A DNA stretch of 64,000 bases, taken from positions 69,380 through 133,379 of the forward strand of contig MGKI01000014.1 of the NCBI GenBank assembly GCA_001795615.1. Direction: 5' to 3'. Position 1 is the first letter of the stretch; each line of letters opens with the position of its first letter. Positions 55,463 through 63,820 of the stretch are shown piece by piece. The DNA comes from Candidatus Yanofskybacteria bacterium RIFCSPLOWO2_01_FULL_42_49 (GTDB lineage: Bacteria; Patescibacteriota; Minisyncoccia; 2-02-FULL-40-12; GWA2-44-9). The notes beneath the pieces are model-generated. The model ran no database searches, was not told the DNA's origin, and was given only the letters and a program-made list of their open reading frames with translations. Both the position numbers and the translations under genes were made by a program.

Positions 55463-57724
55463 TTACAATTCTCTCCCCAAACTTCTTAAAAACATCCTGG
55501 CATCCGGTTCAAAAGACGGATCAACTTGAACCGCTTTGCGAGCCATAGCCACCGCGTCATCAATTCTTCCTAAATTGGCATATGCAGCGGCCAGTGAAGC
55601 ATAATGTTGAGGATCTCTCGGATTTACGGCAATAAGTCGTTCAAATGTTCGAGCTATATTAGGACGGTCATTTAATTCGACATAAACAGAAAGCATCCTT
55701 GAATATTCCTGTTCGCTCGGCATGTATCTGTTTTTAACCTCCAGAGACCTCTCCAGGTTCTTAATCCCGCTTTTATCGCCAGCCTGAAGTTTAGCCACCC
55801 CCAAATACCAATGAGATATTCCAGTATCAGGATTTAAGTCAACGGCTCTTTGGAAATATTCTATGGCCTTAACAAGATCTTTCTTGTTAAGATATGCTTG
55901 GGCTATTTCAAAATAAGTCCTGACAAAAGTTGGCGATAGTTCAAGAGCTTTAAGAGAATATTCAAGAGACTTATCGTTATATAATGACTCGGGATCATGC
56001 TGACCAAGCATAATATTTAACCTCGAACCGTATAAATAGGGCAGATAATCAATCGAGTTTTCTCTAATATTTTTGTCGATTTCTTCCAAAACATAAAGAT
56101 AGATCTGTCTGACCTTTTCTTCTTTCACGCTTGGGCCGCCCGCACCAACCAAGTATTGTGCAAGACGGTGTCTATAGTCATATTTACCAGGCACATCATA
56201 TAACAAGGATTCTTTATATTTATTAATAGCTCCATCAAAATCACCCTGCCAGCCCCTAACAATAGCTCTTGTGGTCGCATAGTTGGCTTTGGCTGGCAAA
56301 ATATTCGTTTTATATATCAACCATGGAATAAATATAACCAAAACTATCACAATAGTATTAAATAGGATTTTATTTGGTTTTCTAAGATTTTTAATTCGTT
56401 GCGTCTGCGCATCATTCGTATTATATCCACGCGCAAGCGCGGAAATAAGGCCCAAAATAGTAAAGAAAATAATAAAATTAGCCGAAGTATCGAAGATAAA
56501 AGAGTTATGAATTATATAGGCAACAACCAGCGGTATAAAACCGACCCCATAAATTACAAGTTCCGAATTTCTTAACCATCTGCGCAAATAAATAAACATC
56601 GCCGTGAAAATACCGAGATAAGACAGAAGGCCGGTCAGTCCCATTGTTACAAGAACCTCTACAAACATATTGTGAGCTCTGTCGAACAGTGTCTCCGCTC
56701 CCTGCCCGGCGTAAAATTTGGGGTTAAAGTATTTGGAAAACGGAATATTGAAATTCTCCGGCCCCCAACCGAGAAGAATAGTTTTAGGGCTGTCGGTCCA
56801 ACCCTTGAGTCCCGCTTCCCAGGCCCAAAAACGGGTTTCAGTTGTTTGTGATCTTAAGGACAGATCGGTTATCCTGCTCAAATATTTTGACTTTTCTATA
56901 AATTGGGAGTTCCCAAAAAGAAGCGAAAAAATAATAAAAAGAGCCGCAAAGCCAATTAAATAACTAAATGCCAATCGTCCAAAACGAGATTTCTTGTATA
57001 CTCCCCATAAAAACGCAAAAACCGTGATCCCGACCGCGTAGGCCAAAACAGACCCCCTGACTGCAGTCATTAAAGCGGCGATAGAAGTAACGGCAAAAGC
57101 AAACGCGTAGAATATTTTACGATTCTTGGTATTTTGGGAACTGAAAAATAGCGTAAGAGACAGAAATACCGCGAAAAGCTGGGAACCAGCAAATAAGGCC
57201 GCATTGCCGGTAGTACCGAATATTCTTGTCCTGTTACCGGACCCGACAAAAAACTCAATATCAGTTTTTTGTCCAAACCCATAAAATGCCGACAATACCC
57301 CGGCAACAATGGTAATGTCCAAAATTCTTTGCCAATGCTCCTTTTTTGTTAATACGGAGGTTAAGATTATATAAAATAGAAAATAGTGCCAGAATGTCCA
57401 AAGTCCGCCCATTCTTTCAAGTGTTCCCCAAAAACTAGGATATCTTAAAACACTGGTAGTGGTGGTTAAAGTAAATGCCGCGACAAAAAACAAAAACGCC
57501 CAGAATATCTTATCCCGGCGCGGTAAATAAGACCTGTCTTTCAATATCAGAATAAGATAAGCCGCTCCCAGAATTTCTATTAAACTCCTGAATACGACAA
57601 CTTTCCCGAAATGAAACGGGGAGATAAAATCCTTAAATATCACAAGCGGCACTAAAGCCGTCAGATATATACCAAAACGTAAAAATTTTATTAAACCTGA
57701 TTCTTTTTGATTGCTTCTCTCCAT
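55463..57724 (-). CDS. O-antigen ligase/Wzy_C-like polytopic membrane protein with C-terminal TPR repeats
   Basis: About 12 TM helices with a large external loop in the N-terminal ~450 aa. C-terminal TPR-like repeats follow (AQAYLNKKDLVKAIEYFQRAVDLNP...). Confidence 0.6.
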   Translation of the reverse strand: MERSNQKESGLIKFLRFGIYLTALVPLVIFKDFISPFHFGKVVVFRSLIEILGAAYLILILKDRSYLPRRDKIFWAFLFFVAAFTLTTTTSVLRYPSFWGTLERMGGLWTFWHYFLFYIILTSVLTKKEHWQRILDITIVAGVLSAFYGFGQKTDIEFFVGSGNRTRIFGTTGNAALFAGSQLFAVFLSLTLFFSSQNTKNRKIFYAFAFAVTSIAALMTAVRGSVLAYAVGITVFAFLWGVYKKSRFGRLAFSYLIGFAALFIIFSLLFGNSQFIEKSKYLSRITDLSLRSQTTETRFWAWEAGLKGWTDSPKTILLGWGPENFNIPFSKYFNPKFYAGQGAETLFDRAHNMFVEVLVTMGLTGLLSYLGIFTAMFIYLRRWLRNSELVIYGVGFIPLVVAYIIHNSFIFDTSANFIIFFTILGLISALARGYNTNDAQTQRIKNLRKPNKILFNTIVIVLVIFIPWLIYKTNILPAKANYATTRAIVRGWQGDFDGAINKYKESLLYDVPGKYDYRHRLAQYLVGAGGPSVKEEKVRQIYLYVLEEIDKNIRENSIDYLPYLYGSRLNIMLGQHDPESLYNDKSLEYSLKALELSPTFVRTYFEIAQAYLNKKDLVKAIEYFQRAVDLNPDTGISHWYLGVAKLQAGDKSGIKNLERSLEVKNRYMPSEQEYSRMLSVYVELNDRPNIARTFERLIAVNPRDPQHYASLAAAYANLGRIDDAVAMARKAVQVDPSFEPDARMFLRSLGREL

Positions 57725-57774
57725 TCAAAATATCATACCACTATTTTCCCTTAATTCCTAGAAAATAAATAATA

Positions 57775-59589
57775 CTAAAATTCCCCCAAAATAACCACCT
57801 CAGACCCCTCGAATGTTCTAATAAAATCCTCCATGCTTGTTTTTGGGTCTTTAACTTGCTCAAAATATCTGTACGCTGATTCTTTGTCTCCCTTATTAAA
57901 GTAGGCCCACCCTAAGGCAAATCTAAGCTCTTTCTGCTGAGGGTTATCGCCAAAATGTTTATGAATAAGCTCAATTGCCTCCTCCGGTTTTTCAAGGCTC
58001 ACTTTTGTCAAAGCTAAAAATAAAACTTCCGACCACCGCGGATAAATATCAACGGAATCAACTAAGACATTCTCAGCCGATTCAAAATATCCGTTTTCAT
58101 AATATAAAACTCCTAAACTTAAATAAGCCCTCAGGTAGTCAGCCCTTAACTCTATGGCTTTCTTCCACAATTCTTCCGACTTTTGGAGCTGACCTAATTT
58201 TTTGTAATTCTGTCCGGCAAGATTGAGAGCGGGAACATGTTCCGGGGCCAAATACAGTATCTTGTTTAATATCTCCTCTGCTTCCATGTACTTACCGGCT
58301 TTAAATTCCAAGTAGGCTTTGTTAGTCTGATTTACAATGCTATCAGGAGCCGCGGCATATGCGCTTTCGTATAGATTAGCGTCATTAAGCCAGTCTCGAT
58401 TCCTGTCTAGTATCAAGAACCCATAAAAAACCAAAATTATTGACACACATCCATATAAAACACGGGTATTTTTGACCCTAGGACCCAGCCACACAAAAAC
58501 AGCTCCAATCATAAAAGCAAGGCCAAGCGAGGGCATATAAAGCAACCGTTCCGCCATTATTGTGCCAGTTTTAAAAACCCAGTTGGAGATCACGAAATAA
58601 GAAGACAGGAAAATTATAATCCCGGATCGCATTAAAATATCTTTTCCCCTAAAGAGCAGCAGAACAACCAAACAGAATATAGCGATTCCCAGCATTGCTT
58701 CAAGCGAAGCAACGAGAGTTTTCACTGGTGGTATTTGGCCGAAAGAATAGTCGCTGGAAAGGTGAATCGGGAAAAAGGTCTTCACAAGATATAGATAAAA
58801 AACTTTAAACGATGTCCAAAGTCCGCTGAAAAAAGACGCAAATTTAATAGGATTGTAGACCGCCGTTGCGTCATTCTTCAAAAAATGTTCTCCCAAAGCT
58901 ATATAACGCAGGACGGCATAAAAAATAACAGATGGGATAAAATAATAAATATTTTTTACGGCTTTTTGGAAGCCAGGCTTCCAGCTGGAAGCCTGGCTTC
59001 CGGAACTAAATAATTCTAGGAACAAAAATATCGGCAAAAACGCTACGGCCATTTCCTTGCTCAATAAGCCAAGGAAGAACAAGGTAGAAGCAAAAATATA
59101 CCTTTGTTTAAGAGCAAGCAGCAGCGCTCCGATAACGAAAAGCAGAGAAAGAATCTCGGCCCTGCCTACTATTGATGTCACTGCTTCAGTATGGATCGGC
59201 AGAAACATAAAAAATAAAAAGCCGGCGAAGGCGGCTATTTTTGAAACGCTCAAACGATATAACAGAACAAACGCTAAAAAAGAAGTAAGGGCGTGAAGAA
59301 AAATATTGACAACATGAAAACCGACCGGAGAAGAGCCAAGTACAAAAGCGTTTAGAGAATAACTGGCAATAGTTAATGGCCTATAAAGCCCCGGGTGTGG
59401 CTGATAGGCGAAATAGGGGGTAATAAAAATCTTCCCAAACCCACCAAGCTGTCCGTCAATAAAAGGATTACCGACAATTACAATAGTATCGTCAAAAACA
59501 AAATCACCCCCTATCCCGTTGCCGAAAAGGACAAATGATAAAATAAGAGCCAAAACGGCAGCTAAAATTAGATCCTTAGTTCTGCCCAT
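57775..59589 (-). CDS. TMTC/PMT-like GT-C membrane glycosyltransferase with C-terminal TPR repeats, paralog A
   Basis: N-terminal GNGIGGDFVFDDTIVIVGNPFI (loop-1 acidic DD motif), ~11 TM helices, and a C-terminal TPR array (AYLEFKAGKYMEAEEILNKILYLAP...). Confidence 0.6.
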   Translation of the reverse strand: MGRTKDLILAAVLALILSFVLFGNGIGGDFVFDDTIVIVGNPFIDGQLGGFGKIFITPYFAYQPHPGLYRPLTIASYSLNAFVLGSSPVGFHVVNIFLHALTSFLAFVLLYRLSVSKIAAFAGFLFFMFLPIHTEAVTSIVGRAEILSLLFVIGALLLALKQRYIFASTLFFLGLLSKEMAVAFLPIFLFLELFSSGSQASSWKPGFQKAVKNIYYFIPSVIFYAVLRYIALGEHFLKNDATAVYNPIKFASFFSGLWTSFKVFYLYLVKTFFPIHLSSDYSFGQIPPVKTLVASLEAMLGIAIFCLVVLLLFRGKDILMRSGIIIFLSSYFVISNWVFKTGTIMAERLLYMPSLGLAFMIGAVFVWLGPRVKNTRVLYGCVSIILVFYGFLILDRNRDWLNDANLYESAYAAAPDSIVNQTNKAYLEFKAGKYMEAEEILNKILYLAPEHVPALNLAGQNYKKLGQLQKSEELWKKAIELRADYLRAYLSLGVLYYENGYFESAENVLVDSVDIYPRWSEVLFLALTKVSLEKPEEAIELIHKHFGDNPQQKELRFALGWAYFNKGDKESAYRYFEQVKDPKTSMEDFIRTFEGSEVVILGEF

Positions 59590-59592
59590 CTT

Positions 59593-60180
59593 TTAAAAAC
59601 TGATTCTTACTTCAGCTTGGCCGGAACAGTTGACTTCTTTTACTTTTAAGTCCCCCCCCATAAACTGGCCATAAGTAACCGAAGCAGTAAGCAAATATGT
59701 CTTTGAAACTGGTTTTTCCGGCAAACGAATAGTCAAATTTTCATATTGTCCGTCAGGGACGATTAGATTGGCAAATAGATTCGGCCCGATGATCAAACTG
59801 TCATTCGGGATGATACGCCAATTTATTAAACGGCCTTGACTGTCTACATTCTGCCAGGATATTTTAGTATTAGAGGAATATAATCTGGGTTCAGAGAATT
59901 CAGCTTCGCCACTTACTTGGCAAGTGGCCGGTGACTTTATGCCATTAGGCCCAATGAAGGGTTCCCCTGTCGTAGCTGTTGGTTTTATTGTCATAGCAGG
60001 TGTCAAGGTAGGGATAGGCGCTGAAGAAGAACTTTGAACAACGTTTGGTCCGGTTGTGGGTTCAGCTGTTTGTTCAATATACTCCGCCGGTTTCGCAAAG
60101 TAAACAACCGAAATAATTCCTAGCACAAGGACCGCTACACTCCCCCACAACATAAAATTTCTCTTATTTTCCATCTCCAA
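59593..60180 (-). CDS. Signal-anchored secreted protein with Ser/Thr/Pro-rich linker
   Basis: N-terminal TM (LWGSVAVLVLGIISVVYF), a linker SSSSAPIPTLTPAMTIKPTATTGEP, then a ~130 aa beta-rich domain with 2 Cys. It lies 3 nt from the paralog A GT-C gene. Confidence 0.45.
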   Translation of the reverse strand: MEMENKRNFMLWGSVAVLVLGIISVVYFAKPAEYIEQTAEPTTGPNVVQSSSSAPIPTLTPAMTIKPTATTGEPFIGPNGIKSPATCQVSGEAEFSEPRLYSSNTKISWQNVDSQGRLINWRIIPNDSLIIGPNLFANLIVPDGQYENLTIRLPEKPVSKTYLLTASVTYGQFMGGDLKVKEVNCSGQAEVRISF

Positions 60181-60216
60181 ATACTATCAAATATGACCAA
60201 TTAAATCAACTTCGGC

Positions 60217-62055
60217 TCAGATATCTATGTTAAATATTTTTGTACTCTTTAAGTTCCAAAAGAACGCATCTTCAGACAAAGCCGGATCCTTCAATCCCAA
60301 AAGCAGTTCTCTCGCCCTTAAATCATCGTCTAGCTTTAAATACGCTACACCGAGGATAAATCTTAATTCATATATTTTAGGTTTTATGCCGAATTTTTCT
60401 TCAATCAAACTTATGACTTCACGGTATTCTCCTAAACCAATCTTATTAAAGGACAGGAGAGTGGTCACATTTGGAGTATCGTACATTTCTTTTGCCTTAT
60501 GGAGTATTTCTTTACCAGATCCAAAGTCACCTCTTTTATAATATAATGCCCCCAAACTAAGATACGGATAGAGATAATCCGGTTGAGCTATGGTTGCTTT
60601 CCGCCACCATTCTTCGGCAATTTTATCTTCGCCTATTCTTTTATAAATTTGTCCGCCCAGGTGTAGCGTTGGGCTGTTTTTTGGTTCAATCTCTAGGGCC
60701 TTGTTTATTTTTTCCAACGCTTCTTCGTTTTTGCCCTCTCGAAAAAGTATACTTGCCACATTGGTTATATTTACAACACTATTAGGCGCTACTGCATAGG
60801 CGCTCTCAAAAAGATTCTTTTCATTAAGCCAATCTCTGTTCCGGTCAATAATCACATATCCATACCAAACAAATAAAGTTAAAAGTGGAAAATATAAAGT
60901 TAAAAGTGAAAGTTTTAAGTTAAAAATTTTAAACCTTGAGCTTTGATTTTCCCTCGACCTGAGCTCGGGACGAAGGTTAACTTTTAACTTCAAACTTTCA
61001 ACTCCAGCTGCTATCAGCATAACCAGCCCTAGTGATGGCATATACATCAGCCGTTCGGCCATTATCGTGCCGATTTTGACAAATAAGTTGGAAACGACTA
61101 GATAAGAAAATAGGAAAATCGTTGCTCCTAACCCAACCAAACTATTGTGTTTTGATATGGACAGATAACCAATGGCCACAAAAATGCCAATTCCCGCCAG
61201 CGCTTGCCACGAATCAAATAAATTGTTTACAGCAGTGATCTGGTTGTAGGAGTAATCAGATGAAAAATAGATCGGAAAAATGATCTTCTGAGCATAAAGA
61301 CAGGCGACCTTAAAGGCCGTCCATAAACCTGGCAGAATATCCATCGCCGCAATAGGATTAAAGAAGGAGTAGGTGTTAGTGTTGATAAAGTATTCAAAGC
61401 CCAACGCATTATACCGAAGCACCGCATAAACAGCCAACGACGGAATAAAATACACGATTTTTTTAAACAAACCCATGACCGATTCTTTTCTCTGCACAAA
61501 TTCAAAGAATAAAAATATCGGAATAAAGGCAATGCCGGTTTCTTTGCTCAACAAAGACAGAAAGAAAAAAACGGCAGCTGTCTTATAATAACCCTTCTTG
61601 ATTGATAAAAACGAGGCCAAGAAAAATAAGAACATCAAAAGTTCGCTCCTACCGGCAATCGAAGTCACTGCCTCAACATGAATAGGTAAAAATAAAAACA
61701 ACAACGAACTGACAATGGCCGTCGTTCTGTTTTTAAATCCTGACACGATTAAATAGATTAAAAATGAGGCGACGGCGTGAAGAAATATGTTAACCAAATG
61801 AAAACTTTGAGGTTGTCCGGGGGAAATACGCCAATTTAAAACATAACTGGCTATAGTTAGGGGACGATAAAGCCCTGATTGAAGCCGATCATAGTGATAA
61901 GGATGTAAAAAGGTCTTAAATACTCCAACAGAATCTTCCATTAGCGGATTGTCGGTAACTACCGAATGATCGTCAAACACAAAATCGCCATTAATACCGT
62001 TGCCGAAGAGAACAAGTGACAGAACAATAATAAGCGAGAAAATTAATTTATCCAT
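60217..62055 (-). CDS. TMTC/PMT-like GT-C membrane glycosyltransferase with C-terminal TPR repeats, paralog B
   Basis: GNGINGDFVFDDHSVVTDNPLM, ~11 TM helices and a C-terminal TPR array. It carries an in-frame ~22 aa insertion relative to paralog A, encoded by repeat copy B. Confidence 0.6.
   Translation of the reverse strand: MDKLIFSLIIVLSLVLFGNGINGDFVFDDHSVVTDNPLMEDSVGVFKTFLHPYHYDRLQSGLYRPLTIASYVLNWRISPGQPQSFHLVNIFLHAVASFLIYLIVSGFKNRTTAIVSSLLFLFLPIHVEAVTSIAGRSELLMFLFFLASFLSIKKGYYKTAAVFFFLSLLSKETGIAFIPIFLFFEFVQRKESVMGLFKKIVYFIPSLAVYAVLRYNALGFEYFINTNTYSFFNPIAAMDILPGLWTAFKVACLYAQKIIFPIYFSSDYSYNQITAVNNLFDSWQALAGIGIFVAIGYLSISKHNSLVGLGATIFLFSYLVVSNLFVKIGTIMAERLMYMPSLGLVMLIAAGVESLKLKVNLRPELRSRENQSSRFKIFNLKLSLLTLYFPLLTLFVWYGYVIIDRNRDWLNEKNLFESAYAVAPNSVVNITNVASILFREGKNEEALEKINKALEIEPKNSPTLHLGGQIYKRIGEDKIAEEWWRKATIAQPDYLYPYLSLGALYYKRGDFGSGKEILHKAKEMYDTPNVTTLLSFNKIGLGEYREVISLIEEKFGIKPKIYELRFILGVAYLKLDDDLRARELLLGLKDPALSEDAFFWNLKSTKIFNIDI
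60874..61005. repeat. Palindromic AAGTTAAAAG / ACTTTCAACT repeat element (copy B) located in-frame inside the GT-C gene
   Basis: AAAGTTAAAAGTGGAAAATATAAAGTTAAAAGTGAAAGTTTTAAGTTAAAAA ... GGTTAACTTTTAACTTCAAACTTTCAACTCC, with inverted-repeat arms around a GAGCTC-centred core. It is related to copy A at 8982-9090. Confidence 0.7.
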
Positions 62056-62078
62056 TTAAACAAAATACAAAAAAACAA

Positions 62079-62113
62079 ACTAAAATAAAAGGCTCATCGT
62101 GATAAGCCTTTTA
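62079..62113. terminator. Hairpin terminator downstream of - strand gene 62133-63374
   Basis: AAGGCT-CATCGTGATA-AGCCTT flanked by A-tract/T-tract on both sides. Confidence 0.45.
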
Positions 62114-62132
62114 TTATTCAAATTTTTAGTTT

Positions 62133-63374
62133 TTAGATCTTTTCCAAATAATCACCATGAACCCACCCTTCTTTGCCCTCAAATGTTATCTTGTGCCATA
62201 AACCACTTTTGCCCAAACTCGTTACTTTGTCGCCAGCATCAAGCTGTCCCAAAATTGAACCTGCGGTACTAGCCGATGATCTGACGTTAAGGAACCCAAC
62301 ACTAGAAACAATCTTGTACTGATTGGCTGTTGATACGGTAGTTCCAGAAGATGCAGTTCCAGAAGATGAGGTAGCTTTTCTTGTATAATCGGGTATTTGA
62401 TTTACGGAAGTATAATCAGATCCCTTTGGGTACCAATTAAACTCTTTAGTATTTATACAGAAAACCTTTTTAAAGAAATTGGGATCGTCGGCAACAGCTT
62501 GCGCTCCGGTAGTGTTAACCCAGTGAAGTTTCCCTGTATCTTCGCCGGTGGTTTCCACACCATAAACTTTTACATCATTAGTTTCGCAATTTCTGAAAAG
62601 ACCAGAGGTTACGAACACATCCCTCGTCGTAGATGTAGCGCTTTTAATCTTGGAAAATCCGCCAAGATGGCCATAGAATCCAAATATCGCAGGATTTAAG
62701 AATAACCTTTTATAACCATGCGGGTTAACTATATAAACATCGGGGTCACTTGAACCGGCGGCACTAATGACATCACCGTCTTTTAAGCTTACGGCCGCCA
62801 AGCTGACGAACCCTTGTGAGGCCGGGGTTGGCTTGCTTGTTGAAACAGATGTGGGCGACACAGTCGGGGTCGGCGTCACTGAAACCGCCGGACTCACTGT
62901 CGGAGTTGGAGTCGGAGTTGGAGTTGCCGTAGTCGTGGTCGTGGTTGTAGTTGTGGTCGTTCCGCCTCCACCACCACCTCCACCACCACTATTTCCTGCG
63001 GTACCGCAAGCATTCGAGCTGGGTGTTATTATTACCGTTTTTGTAGAACTAGGAGCTATCGTCAATTCCGACTTATCGCTGAAACATTCGTATTCAAAAG
63101 CGCTGTCATTGGTCAACAATTTCCTATCAGACGATCGAAGCTTAAATGTCTGACCAGAGGTAATCTCAATGGTTATGGTGGTATTGGTAGTTATTATCGA
63201 ATTTACCACGGAACCGTCTACTATCGTCATGTTTCCCACATCAAGAGCAACAGTTGTGTCTCCAGTAGAAGTGGCGGTTGTAGCATTGGTTTTGTTTACT
63301 CCGACCAATAGCAGTCCTGCCATTAAAACAATAACGAGTAACGGCAGAAAAAAGTTAGTTTTTAATAATTTCAT
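62133..63374 (-). CDS. Secreted protein with Gly9-Thr11-(Thr-Pro)n linker and C-terminal SH3b-like domain
   Basis: Signal peptide MKLLKTNFFLPLLVIVLMAGLLLVG, then the linker GGGGGGGGGTTTTTTTTTTTATPTPTPTPTVSPAVSVTPTPTVSPTSVSTSKPTP. The C-terminus ...GFLNVRSSASTAGSILGQLDAGDKVTSLGKSGLWHKITFEGKEGWVHGDYL is SH3_3-like. Confidence 0.6.
   Translation of the reverse strand: MKLLKTNFFLPLLVIVLMAGLLLVGVNKTNATTATSTGDTTVALDVGNMTIVDGSVVNSIITTNTTITIEITSGQTFKLRSSDRKLLTNDSAFEYECFSDKSELTIAPSSTKTVIITPSSNACGTAGNSGGGGGGGGGTTTTTTTTTTTATPTPTPTPTVSPAVSVTPTPTVSPTSVSTSKPTPASQGFVSLAAVSLKDGDVISAAGSSDPDVYIVNPHGYKRLFLNPAIFGFYGHLGGFSKIKSATSTTRDVFVTSGLFRNCETNDVKVYGVETTGEDTGKLHWVNTTGAQAVADDPNFFKKVFCINTKEFNWYPKGSDYTSVNQIPDYTRKATSSSGTASSGTTVSTANQYKIVSSVGFLNVRSSASTAGSILGQLDAGDKVTSLGKSGLWHKITFEGKEGWVHGDYLEKI
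62860..63000. repeat. Low-complexity tandem repeats in DNA encoding the Thr/Pro linker and poly-Gly
   Basis: GTCGGAGTTGGAGTCGGAGTTGGAGTTGCC, GTCGTGGTCGTGGTTGTAGTTGTGGTCGTT and CCGCCTCCACCACCACCTCCACCACC on the + strand. Confidence 0.8.
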
Positions 63375-63394
63375 TTGTGGTGATTAGATTATTT

Positions 63395-63802
63395 TTATTT
63401 TTGTTGCTGAATACTCTGAATCGTTTTGACAACTTGAGAGTCAAGCCTCATATTTTCCCAAAATAGAACTTGATCTTGGTTTACTATCATTTCGTCCTTA
63501 GGGCCATGAGGCTCGCCTACGCCAAGCTTAACAAGTTGGCCAGCGCCACTTTCATTTATCTTAACATAATAAACATCGGATAAGATCAAATAATCTGAAC
63601 TGATATTCTTCAAGCGTCCAAAGTATATCTGGTCATTTGTTAAGAACACTGCTTGGTATGTATCCGAATCAATAAATTTACTTCTATCGTAACTGTCATA
63701 CTTTAACCAATTGGTTAGAAAAGATGATCCAATAACACCGACAACAAATCCGACTACAACCAAACCGACAGTGACAATTGGAACATACTTAATCTTAGGC
63801 AT
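63395..63802 (-). CDS. Small signal-anchored protein of unknown function
   Basis: 135 aa. N-terminal TM helix VPIVTVGLVVVGFVVGVIGSSFL, then a soluble beta-rich domain. Confidence 0.4.
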   Translation of the reverse strand: MPKIKYVPIVTVGLVVVGFVVGVIGSSFLTNWLKYDSYDRSKFIDSDTYQAVFLTNDQIYFGRLKNISSDYLILSDVYYVKINESGAGQLVKLGVGEPHGPKDEMIVNQDQVLFWENMRLDSQVVKTIQSIQQQK

Positions 63803-63820
63803 GGACTATGTTTCAATTAA

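Noticed and set aside
62767-63153. 128 aa + strand ORF rich in poly-Val/poly-Pro
   Set aside because: It is the mirror-frame artefact of the - strand Gly/Thr/Pro linker-coding repeats. The - strand ORF has a signal peptide and an SH3b domain, so it is the real gene.
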